The notes under the pieces are model-generated. The model had not been told where the DNA came from and made no database searches. It was given only the letters and a program-made list of their open reading frames with translations. Shown one piece after another: positions 30,034-38,310 of a stretch of DNA of 64,000 bases. Within the stretch, counting starts at the first letter, position 1; each line of letters opens with the position of its first letter. Both the position numbers and the translations under genes were made by a program. Source of the DNA: an uncultured Deinococcaceae bacterium (GTDB lineage: Bacteria; Deinococcota; Deinococci; Deinococcales; Deinococcaceae). Where the stretch lies: the NCBI GenBank assembly GCA_964252075.1, contig CAXULY010000001.1, positions 32,001-96,000 on the forward strand. The letters are read 5' to 3'.

Positions 30034-31620
30034 ATGCCCGAGTATCTGTCGCCAGGCGTTTACATCGAAGAGACCTCGTCCGGTCCACGTCCCATCGAGG
30101 GCATCAGCACCACGACGGCCGCCTTCATCGGATTTGCCGCGAACGGACCGGCGAACACCCCGGTGTTCATCGCCAACTGGACGCAGTACCTGGAGAACTT
30201 CGCCGCGCGTGACGCCGACGGCACCTACCAGGCGTACCTGGACGGCGCCTACCTCGCGCACTCCGTCTACGGCTACTTCAACAACGGCGGTACGCGCTGC
30301 TACGTGACGCGCCTCGTGCCGCCCCAGAAGGACGCCAAGACCGGCAAGACGGTCGACATGCCCAAGACCCTGCAGCTCCCGGCGCGCGCCTCCAAGGCCG
30401 TGTCGTCCCTGACCATCGGCTCCAAGGGCAGCCCCACCAGCGACATCAGCGTGGACATCCAGCCGCCCGCCCCGACCGAGCAGGAACCCAACCCGCAGGA
30501 AGGTACGTTCACCATCCGCGTGAAGCAGGACAACCACGAGGAAGTCTTCGACAACGTCTCCATCGCCAAGAAGCACCCCCGCAACGTCGCGGAGGTCATC
30601 AACCAGCAGAGCACCCTCATTGAGGTGGTGGAGCAGAGCACCGTCGGTTCCCTCGCGGAGCGCACCCCGGAGTTCGGGAACTTCGTCATTCACTCCACCA
30701 TGACGCCCACCGACGGTGGCCTCATGGTGAAGAGCAACGACTTCATCGGCAGCGTCCACGACCGCAGCGGCATCGACGGCATGGAAGTCGCCGAGGACGT
30801 CAGCATGATCTGCGCGCCGGACCTCATGAGCGCCTACCAGAATGGCCTCCTCGACGAGATGGGCGTCAAGGCCGTGCAGCGCGCCATGATCGACCACTGC
30901 GAGCGCAACCACAACCGCATCGCGATCCTCGACCCGCTGCCCGACCTGAACCCGCAGCAGGTGAAGCGCTGGCGCGAGCACGAGACGAACTTCGACTCCA
31001 GCTACGCCGCCGTGTACTACCCGTGGATCAAGATCAACGGCCCGGACGGCAAGCCGCTCCTCGTGCCGCCCAGCGGGCACGTCGCGGGCATCTACGCTCG
31101 CAACGACGTGGAGCGCGGCGTGCACAAGGCGCCCGCCAACGAGGTGGTGCGCGGCGCGCTCGACCCCGCCATGCAGATCACCAAGAGCGAACAGGACATC
31201 CTGAACCCCATCGGCGTGAACTGCATCCGCACCTTCACTGGCATGGGCATCCGCGTGTGGGGCGCGCGCACCCTCTCCAGCGACGCCCGCTGGCGCTACG
31301 TGTCCGTGCGGCGCCTGTTCAACTACGTGGAGAAGAGCATCGAGCGCGGCACCCAGTGGGCGGTGTTCGAGCCGAACGACGACGAGCTGTGGGCGAAACT
31401 CCGCCGCGACGTCACGGCCTTCCTGACCATCGTGTGGCGCAGCGGCGCGCTGTTCGGCAAGACCGCCGGCGAGGCCTTCTACGTGAAGTGCGACGCCGAA
31501 CTGAACACCCCGGAAGTGCGCGACCTCGGCATGGTGTTCATCGAGATCGGCATCGCGCCCGTGAAGCCCGCCGAGTTCGTGATCTTCAAGTTCAGCCAGT
31601 ACGCCGGCGGCGGCTCCTGA
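30034..31620 (+). CDS. Contractile tail sheath protein
   Basis: MPEYLSPGVYIEE, YGYFNNGG, YAAVYYPW, PPSGHVAG, GVHKAPANE, RVWGARTL, FEPND, APVKPAEFV. Confidence 0.96.
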   Translation: MPEYLSPGVYIEETSSGPRPIEGISTTTAAFIGFAANGPANTPVFIANWTQYLENFAARDADGTYQAYLDGAYLAHSVYGYFNNGGTRCYVTRLVPPQKDAKTGKTVDMPKTLQLPARASKAVSSLTIGSKGSPTSDISVDIQPPAPTEQEPNPQEGTFTIRVKQDNHEEVFDNVSIAKKHPRNVAEVINQQSTLIEVVEQSTVGSLAERTPEFGNFVIHSTMTPTDGGLMVKSNDFIGSVHDRSGIDGMEVAEDVSMICAPDLMSAYQNGLLDEMGVKAVQRAMIDHCERNHNRIAILDPLPDLNPQQVKRWREHETNFDSSYAAVYYPWIKINGPDGKPLLVPPSGHVAGIYARNDVERGVHKAPANEVVRGALDPAMQITKSEQDILNPIGVNCIRTFTGMGIRVWGARTLSSDARWRYVSVRRLFNYVEKSIERGTQWAVFEPNDDELWAKLRRDVTAFLTIVWRSGALFGKTAGEAFYVKCDAELNTPEVRDLGMVFIEIGIAPVKPAEFVIFKFSQYAGGGS

Positions 31621-31699
31621 ACCCCCTTGCAGCCTGACACGCAGCCGTTAGACTCAGCGTGAACCTCACCCACCGCCCGCACTCACAGGAGGACCGAGC

Positions 31700-32146
31700 A
31701 TGACCGTACCGCACAAAGACCCGTTGGTGGCCGCCTACTTCGCCGTTGATTTCCAGAACGGGGTGCAGGGCGCCTTCCGCGAATGCACCGGCCTGGGCTC
31801 GGAGAGCCAGGTCGTGGAGTACCGCGCGACCGACGAGCGCGGCAAGCCCGTGCTGATCCGCGAGCCCGGCACCATGAAGTACACGGACATCACCCTCAAG
31901 CGCGGCATCACGGACAGCATGGACATGTGGCAGTGGCGCCGTCAGGTTGAGGACGGCGACATCGAGGGCGCGCGCCGCAGCGGCACCATCACGCTGTACA
32001 ACCAGCGCGGCGAAGCCATCGCCCGCTGGACCTTCGAGCGCGCGTGGCCGCAGAAGCTCAACGGCCCCACGTACGACGCCAAGACCAACGAAGTCGCCAT
32101 CGAGGAACTCACCATCACCCACGAAGGCTACAAGCGCGTGCAGTAA
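31700..32146 (+). CDS. Tail tube protein (T4 gp19-like, Afp1 equivalent)
   Basis: F.ECTGL, ITLKRGIT, WTFERAWPQKL.GP and IEELTITHEG; GGAGG SD. Confidence 0.94.
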   Translation: MTVPHKDPLVAAYFAVDFQNGVQGAFRECTGLGSESQVVEYRATDERGKPVLIREPGTMKYTDITLKRGITDSMDMWQWRRQVEDGDIEGARRSGTITLYNQRGEAIARWTFERAWPQKLNGPTYDAKTNEVAIEELTITHEGYKRVQ

Positions 32147-32198
32147 CGCGGGACGCGGGGGCGGCGTGTCGCCGCCCCCACCCCGCCAGGAGACGGCC

Positions 32199-32654
32199 GT
32201 GACCGCCAATGCGCTGCCCACCCAATTTGAATTCACGCTGCCGCTCGGCCTGACCGACGCGGCAGGTCGCGTTCACCGCCGCGGCGTCATGCGCCTCGCC
32301 ACCGCCCTCGACGAAGTCGAACCGCTCGGCGACGCCCGCGTCAAGGACAACGAGGCCTTCCTCGGCATCCTGCTCCTCAGCCGCGTCACGCTGCGCCTCG
32401 GCGACTACGCACCCGTCGGGCCCGACATGATCGCCGCGCTGTACGCCAGCGACTTCGCGTACCTGCAGAGCGTGTACGCCGCCGTGAACGCCCCCGGCCC
32501 GAACGCGCTGCCCACCGCGCTGCCCGCCCAGGGGAGCCCCACCGCCACGCTGCCCAGCAGCCTGGAGACGGTGTGCCCGCACTGCGGCACCGAACTCATC
32601 CTTGACCTCGATCCCCCCACCGACCACCGCACCGAGGAGGCGTACCGCGCATGA
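32199..32654 (+). CDS. CIS-associated tail assembly chaperone-like protein
   Basis: AGGAG SD, GTG 32199; TQFEFTLPLG...G.VHRRGVMRLATALDE...LLSRV...DFAYLQ..Y...N and C-terminal CPHCG. Confidence 0.8.
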   Translation: MTANALPTQFEFTLPLGLTDAAGRVHRRGVMRLATALDEVEPLGDARVKDNEAFLGILLLSRVTLRLGDYAPVGPDMIAALYASDFAYLQSVYAAVNAPGPNALPTALPAQGSPTATLPSSLETVCPHCGTELILDLDPPTDHRTEEAYRA

Positions 32655-32824
32655 CGCAACCGGGAACAGGAACCCAGACGGCCAAAGCGCCCACCGTGGC
32701 GTCCAACGTCCCGGACGCCCACATCGACCTGCAGAAACTCGCGGAGAAGGTCTACCGCCTCTTCATGGAGGACTTGCGCATCCAGCAGAACCGCGTGTGG
32801 GGCGGCCGGAAGGGACACTTCTAA
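32651..32824 (+). CDS. Small CIS protein (57 aa), absent from the ORF track
   Basis: GAGGAGG SD, ATGA overlap with the upstream stop, TAA abutting the next ATG. MTQPGTGTQTAKAPTVASNVPDAHIDLQKLAEKVYRLFMEDLRIQQNRVWGGRKGHF. Confidence 0.8.
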   Translation: MTQPGTGTQTAKAPTVASNVPDAHIDLQKLAEKVYRLFMEDLRIQQNRVWGGRKGHF

Positions 32825-33274
32825 ATGCCTGCCGTCAAGGAAAACCAGAGCATCCCCGTCCTCAACGCCAACTGCCGCTACTACGTGCAGATCGACGGCG
32901 CGAACAAAGCAGTGTTTTCAGAGGTCGGCGGTCTACAAATGGAGACTGAACTTTTCGAATACGCCGAGGGCGGCAACAACGAATACGTGCACCGCCTCCC
33001 CGGACTGTCCAAGGTCGGGAACCTGACCCTCAAGCGCGGCATCACCGTCGACAACGAACTCTTCAAGTGGTACCTGCGCATCGCGCAGGGCATCATGGAC
33101 CTGCGCACCGTCACCATCACCGTGTACGCCACCAGCGGCGAGAAGGTCGTGCGCTGGGAACTCCTGAAGGCCTTCCCCTGCAAGTGGACGGGCCCGCAGA
33201 TGGCCGCGAACGGCGAGACCGTCGCGCTCGAAACCATCGAGATCGCGCACATGGGCGTCATCGCGGTCGACTGA
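32825..33274 (+). CDS. Second tail tube protein (gp19-like, Afp5 equivalent)
   Basis: FSEVGGL, YAEGGNN..VHRLPG, LTLKRGI, AFPCKWTGP and LETIEIAH. Confidence 0.94.
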   Translation: MPAVKENQSIPVLNANCRYYVQIDGANKAVFSEVGGLQMETELFEYAEGGNNEYVHRLPGLSKVGNLTLKRGITVDNELFKWYLRIAQGIMDLRTVTITVYATSGEKVVRWELLKAFPCKWTGPQMAANGETVALETIEIAHMGVIAVD

Positions 33275-33367
33275 ACGCCGCCCGCACCGAATCCGCCCTC
33301 GCCCTCGTGAGGGCCGCACAGCGCTCCGCCCGCCGGGGCTGCGGGCACCAGCCTCAGGAGGGAAGGC

Positions 33368-36300
33368 ATGCCGAACACCCCGTTCCAGAAGCGCGCCGAC
33401 TGGCTGCAACACTACCGCGAGCACTTCACCGTCATCTTCGGCGACCTTCGCCCCGCCGCGCCCCTCGTCGCGCCCTGGCCCGGCGCCGCCCCCACCGTGC
33501 CCGCCGCGCCACAGGTGGCCCCGCGCTGGCGCGTCACCGCGCGCGTGAAAGCCCCACCTGGACTGCAGGATGACCCTGGCGCCGCCCTGTGGGACCAGCA
33601 GGAAAGCGCAGTTGCACCCGCGCCCGACCTGCCCGCGTCGTGGCCCATGGAGGCCAGCCCGGCGCCCACGCGCACCGAGCCGCTCGCACCCATCAGCGCC
33701 CCAACACCACCTCAGCCGGTGCCCAATTGGCAGGCCGCGCCAGACGCCTCCCAGTCCGCCGCGCAGGCGGACGTGGTGCCCACCGGGTGGGCGCCGAGTC
33801 CAGCGCCGCAGCCGACTGAACCCGTCCCCAGCGCCACGCCGCCCTACTTCACGCCGGTGGCCGCGCCACCCGCTGCCCTTTCCCCCGCACCTCAGGGAGG
33901 CAGCCCGGTTGGGGTGCCAGCACCCGACGGTTATCCAGGCCCTCCCACGCCGCTTGAGCCGCGCCTCCCCGGCGAGGTGGAAGCTGAGCGGCGCGCCGCC
34001 GCCGCCCGGCGCCCCTCCGGCCAGCTGAGCTTCTCGGAGTTGCTGGCCTTCCGGCAGCAGGCGAGCGACGCCACACCGAGCGCCCCCGCGTCCCCCGCGC
34101 CTTTCGGCGCGCTCGGCGACGTGTGGCAGCGTGACGAAGGACCCGCGACCAGCGACCACAACGCATCCGGCGCGACCAACGTGACGACCGGGCAGACGTT
34201 CCGCTCGCCTCCCCCCGTCTTCGATCCCGCCCTCGTCGTGCCGGATCTCAAAGACCAACTGCAAGGGGCTACTTCGACCGTCGCCCCTCAGGTGACTGCG
34301 ACGGCGCACGCCGAGCAGACTGGGTCACCTGCGCCGACAGCCCCAATGCCAGCCGTACCTCCGCAGGATGCTGTTGGTGCTGTGCAGGCCCGAGCAGCAG
34401 CACAGCCCACACTCCCCACACGGGATGAGGCGTCGCCTGCAGACGTGGCAGCTGTTTCCGAACCAGTTTCGGCAGCTAGGCCTCACATTCCAATCGCGAC
34501 TCCTGGCGTCCCCCCAGCGCCAATTCAACCTCGCCCGGACGTGGCGCAGGAGCGGATTGAGGCCAACGCTGAATTCGACGGCGGCGAAGCGCCAGTGCCC
34601 CCTTATATGGCCACTCCAGCCATCGGCGACCCCGCTGGCGCCGTGGTGAACACGCCCACCGCTGCGTTCGCCGTGCCACCCGAACCGAACGTGCAGCCTC
34701 AGACGCCCATCACCGCGAACGCCGCAGGAACGGAGCCACCCGCACGGGAGGCGGCCATGCGCGCGCCCGAACCCGCGAACGCCGGGAGCAGCCCCGCTGA
34801 GCAGGCCGCGGTGGAAGACGGCCCGCCTGTGGGGTTCAATGAGCCGTACCGGGCGGTGGACACGGACTTCCGGGCGGCGGCGCTGCGGGCGGCGGGACCG
34901 GTGTCGCCGGACGTGCAGGTGATCCTGCCGCGCCGCGCGCGCCCGGTGCCGTTCGTGCCGGGCGGCAAGAAAGCGCCGGAGCCGGAGTTGCCGGCGCACA
35001 GCGAAGCGCAGGTGCAGGGGTGGCTGAGTCGCCTGAACCGGGTGGCGGAAGGGGAGGCGAGCGGGGGTGTGCAGGGGCGGCCCCTGTCGCTCGCGGAACT
35101 GCTCACCTGGGACCGCGACCACTCCAGAACCGCAGGCGCGCCGGACGCTCAGGACGCCCCGCCACAAGATGCCGTCGGTGGCACCACGGTGGAAGTCGTA
35201 TCCGTTCCGAACGCGGCGCCAACGGCGGAGGGCCACCCCGCAGAAGTCATGGCTTCGCAGGACGCTCAACCCACTCCCGTTAATGCTCCTGGCTTCCTGC
35301 CTGCGGACGTTCCGAGTGCTCATCCGTTGCCCGCGAGCGTTTCTGAGACGGCGGGGTGGGCACCGCTTCCTCCGCAGGCGCCTGTCACCACCCAAGGGCA
35401 GGCTTCACCCATCCCAGGTGTGAAGGTTGCGCGCATCAAGCAGCCCGATGCCCCCGCGCTCGACCGTGCAGCACCCAATTCGCCCTCAATCGGTCCTCGT
35501 GCTCCCGCAACGCAGAATCCAGCCCAGGCCACAGCGCGTCAAACGGCAGCGCCGACGGAAGGGCGAGACGACGGCAGGCCAGCGCCCGCCACGCCCACTG
35601 AACTGAGTGCCGCTGGTGTTCCGGCGTCGCCGCTCAGTGGTCCTGAGTTGAGCCCATCGAATGCTGACTTTCAGGGACTTGCAGAGGCGTCAGTCCAATC
35701 CAGCGCACCGGGAGCCACCGAGTCGCTTGCGCCAGGACCAGAGCAATCCGCCCTGCATCCGCCGGCACCCAGCGTGCGAGGTGACCTAGAGGTCAGCGCC
35801 GCTCAGCCCAGTGAAGCGGCACTGCTGGCGCGAGCCACTGCACCGAGCGAACAATCGGGGGCGTCTAGCCTAAGTGGTGGCCTCGCGCAGACACAGGCCG
35901 CGACTGAGGTCAATTCGGGACCGCCCGCACTCACGAGGGAAAGGGACGCGGTGCCCGACGCGCCCTCCATCGTGGATGCACAGGCTGCTCAGCAGGCACT
36001 CAGTGCTGCGACGCCCGTCACCAGCGTGACGCCCGCAACTGGAGCGGTCCAGCCCGATCAGTCAACACCCGCGAGTGACCTCGACACGACGCCACATGCG
36101 GCGCCAGCCCATGACGCAGCTCAGTCCAATCAGCCTCCACCCTCGGCGAGTGACCTCGGCACGAGGTCACTCGCGGTGTCCATCCCTCGTGCTGCGGACA
36201 GTCACACTGAACGCACAAGCCCTGAGGGCAGAGCTGACCTTCGTGCCGCCATTCCCGACGCGCCCATGCCAACTCAGGTTGCCGGAGATATCACAGTAGC

Positions 36301-38299
36301 CTCGACTCAGCCTGAAACGGTCGGTGAGGTTGCGACGCCAGGGTGGGACGACCGGTCCACCGCGGCCTCCGAACCTGGCGCGCGACCTATGGCGGTACCT
36401 CCAGTGCAAGCCGAAGCCAGTGCTGCACCCTCATCAAACGATGCATCACCTGACAGCCTGCCGCCTGTGGGGTTCAATGAGCCGTACCGGGCGGTGGACA
36501 CGGACTTCCGGGCGGCGGCGCTGCGGGCGGCGGGACCGGTGTCGCCGGACGTGCAGGTGATCCTGCCGCGCCGCGCGCGCCCGGTGCCGTTCGTGCCGGG
36601 CGGCAAGAAAGCGCCGGAGCCGGAGTTGCCGGCGCACAGCGAAGCGCAGGTGCAGGGGTGGCTGAGTCGCCTGAACCGGGTGGCGGAAGGGGAGGCGAGC
36701 GGGGGTGTGCAGGGGCGGCCCCTGTCGCTCGCGGAACTGCTCACCTGGGACCGCGACCACCCCAGGACCGCAAGCACGCCGGACGCTCAGGACCCCCCGC
36801 CACATAATGAAGTCGGTGACACCACGGCGCCTGCGGCGGCCAGCCCTGAAGTTGGGGCACCTCATGCAGTGACGGAGACCCTCCCGACGTCACCTCTTAA
36901 TGAGGCAGCGTCGCTCCCCCAGCACGCGGCACCGTCACTGGTCAACGGCTCGCCCGCGCCCGCTCCTGGGGTGCCAGCGCCAGTTATGCCACACCTGCAG
37001 CAGCCAGCCCAGACTGCTCGCGCTGCAGCCCAAGATGCTCCGCCGGTCCCGCCGGCCAAGGCGGCGCCAGCTCGTCCTGCGCCACCAACCATTGATCGCC
37101 CGGACGCGGGGCCAGCAACGCCAGCGATGCCGCCGCAGACTGACATCCGGGCCAGCGTCGCCCCGGTGGTTCCCCTGAAAGCTCAGATACCAGAGGACAG
37201 CCCAAGGCATGAGGCAACGCCCGTGCGGTCCGCAGAGGCAGCGGTCGCTCCCACTCCAGCGGCGCCCTCAGCGTCGGCCGTGATGCCCGACGCTTCGCAG
37301 GCTGACGCGCCCAATGTGGGGACAGAGCGCCCAAAAGCCGCCGGGGTCAGGGGAAGCGCGGGCGCGCCCGCCGCTGACGCTGGCCCCATCGTGAATGCGG
37401 CGCTTCCCGTCGTCGGTCCCGCGCGCATCGCGGATCCGGTGAGCGCGGCGCCATTACCCGTGCCGGGCCTGCAGCGGGTCCGCAGCCGCGCCCGCGTGGA
37501 GCGCGCCCTCGCCCAGCCGGAAGCGCGCGAGCCGCTGCCCCTGCAGGCCCGCGCGCGGCTCGCCCCGCTGCTCGGCGCGGACGTGAGTGGCGTGCACGTG
37601 GTGCGGGACGCCCGCGCCGCTGAGGCGGTGGCAGAGGTCGGCGCGGACGCACTCGCGGTGGGGGACACCGTCCTGCTGGGTGCCGGGCAGGACCTGAGCT
37701 CACCACAGTCGCTGGCGCTGCTGGCGCACGAGTTGACGCACGTGCTGCGCGAGCGGCAGCCGGGTTTCGTGCCCGCCAGCGTGCGGCGTCAGACGAGGTC
37801 CGCGCGCCTGGACGAGGAGACCCTCGCGGAACGCGTGGAGGGACAGGTGCGTCAGCGCCTTCAAGCCGCCCGCCCCGCCGAGTCCCCTCGCCCGACGGCC
37901 GGTGCGGCGCCCTCGCCCTCAGAGTGGAACGGCCTGCCCGCTCCCTGGGACCCCATGCCGCACTGGGAGGCGCCCGCGACGAATGAGGCGCCCCGGCAGG
38001 CGGCCCCCCGCGCTGCCGCAGCTGCGCCCGCTCCGTTGGCGTCCGCGCCGGCGGCACCTGCCGCTGCGGCGCCGTTTGCTTCTGGTGCGCGGGCGGCCAG
38101 CTCGGCGCGTTCCGTGGCGAGTTCGGATTCTGGTTCGGACTCGGCGGGCGCTGGGGGCTCGGAGGTCGCGCAGGGGCCGGCCGTGGGTTTCGATCACCGC
38201 AAGACGAACCGCAACGCGCCGGACCTCGACCGGCTCGCCGTGCAGATTTACGCCATCCTCAAACGGCGCCTGAGTGACGAGATGCGCCGCATCCGTTAG
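33368..38299 (+). CDS. Large Pro/Ala-rich protein with C-terminal DUF4157 (eCIS core) domain
   Basis: PLP...R.RL...LGADVSGVHV...GADALAVGD...LLAHELTHV...E.LA, and C-terminal PDLDRLAVQIYAILKRRL. Confidence 0.85.
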   Translation: MPNTPFQKRADWLQHYREHFTVIFGDLRPAAPLVAPWPGAAPTVPAAPQVAPRWRVTARVKAPPGLQDDPGAALWDQQESAVAPAPDLPASWPMEASPAPTRTEPLAPISAPTPPQPVPNWQAAPDASQSAAQADVVPTGWAPSPAPQPTEPVPSATPPYFTPVAAPPAALSPAPQGGSPVGVPAPDGYPGPPTPLEPRLPGEVEAERRAAAARRPSGQLSFSELLAFRQQASDATPSAPASPAPFGALGDVWQRDEGPATSDHNASGATNVTTGQTFRSPPPVFDPALVVPDLKDQLQGATSTVAPQVTATAHAEQTGSPAPTAPMPAVPPQDAVGAVQARAAAQPTLPTRDEASPADVAAVSEPVSAARPHIPIATPGVPPAPIQPRPDVAQERIEANAEFDGGEAPVPPYMATPAIGDPAGAVVNTPTAAFAVPPEPNVQPQTPITANAAGTEPPAREAAMRAPEPANAGSSPAEQAAVEDGPPVGFNEPYRAVDTDFRAAALRAAGPVSPDVQVILPRRARPVPFVPGGKKAPEPELPAHSEAQVQGWLSRLNRVAEGEASGGVQGRPLSLAELLTWDRDHSRTAGAPDAQDAPPQDAVGGTTVEVVSVPNAAPTAEGHPAEVMASQDAQPTPVNAPGFLPADVPSAHPLPASVSETAGWAPLPPQAPVTTQGQASPIPGVKVARIKQPDAPALDRAAPNSPSIGPRAPATQNPAQATARQTAAPTEGRDDGRPAPATPTELSAAGVPASPLSGPELSPSNADFQGLAEASVQSSAPGATESLAPGPEQSALHPPAPSVRGDLEVSAAQPSEAALLARATAPSEQSGASSLSGGLAQTQAATEVNSGPPALTRERDAVPDAPSIVDAQAAQQALSAATPVTSVTPATGAVQPDQSTPASDLDTTPHAAPAHDAAQSNQPPPSASDLGTRSLAVSIPRAADSHTERTSPEGRADLRAAIPDAPMPTQVAGDITVASTQPETVGEVATPGWDDRSTAASEPGARPMAVPPVQAEASAAPSSNDASPDSLPPVGFNEPYRAVDTDFRAAALRAAGPVSPDVQVILPRRARPVPFVPGGKKAPEPELPAHSEAQVQGWLSRLNRVAEGEASGGVQGRPLSLAELLTWDRDHPRTASTPDAQDPPPHNEVGDTTAPAAASPEVGAPHAVTETLPTSPLNEAASLPQHAAPSLVNGSPAPAPGVPAPVMPHLQQPAQTARAAAQDAPPVPPAKAAPARPAPPTIDRPDAGPATPAMPPQTDIRASVAPVVPLKAQIPEDSPRHEATPVRSAEAAVAPTPAAPSASAVMPDASQADAPNVGTERPKAAGVRGSAGAPAADAGPIVNAALPVVGPARIADPVSAAPLPVPGLQRVRSRARVERALAQPEAREPLPLQARARLAPLLGADVSGVHVVRDARAAEAVAEVGADALAVGDTVLLGAGQDLSSPQSLALLAHELTHVLRERQPGFVPASVRRQTRSARLDEETLAERVEGQVRQRLQAARPAESPRPTAGAAPSPSEWNGLPAPWDPMPHWEAPATNEAPRQAAPRAAAAAPAPLASAPAAPAAAAPFASGARAASSARSVASSDSGSDSAGAGGSEVAQGPAVGFDHRKTNRNAPDLDRLAVQIYAILKRRLSDEMRRIR
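34823..35122 (+). repeat. Copy 1 of 300-bp intragenic direct repeat
   Basis: Identical by eye to 36461-36760; in frame (offset 1638 nt). Confidence 0.92.
36461..36760 (+). repeat. Copy 2 of 300-bp intragenic direct repeat
   Basis: Identical by eye to 34823-35122; imperfect similarity continues for about 65 nt more. Confidence 0.92.
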
Positions 38300-38310
38300 C
38301 GGAGGACCGC

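Noticed and set aside
32560..32700. Programmed frameshift or DUF6760 partner of the tail chaperone
   Set aside because: No slippery heptamer and no FHW-type DUF6760 sequence found in the other frames.
16187..33274. Prophage or classical T6SS
   Set aside because: No capsid, portal, terminase, integrase or lysis genes, and no TssJ/L/M, TssB/C pair or ClpV. The Afp15-type ATPase, DUF4255 and DUF4157 point to an eCIS-family system.
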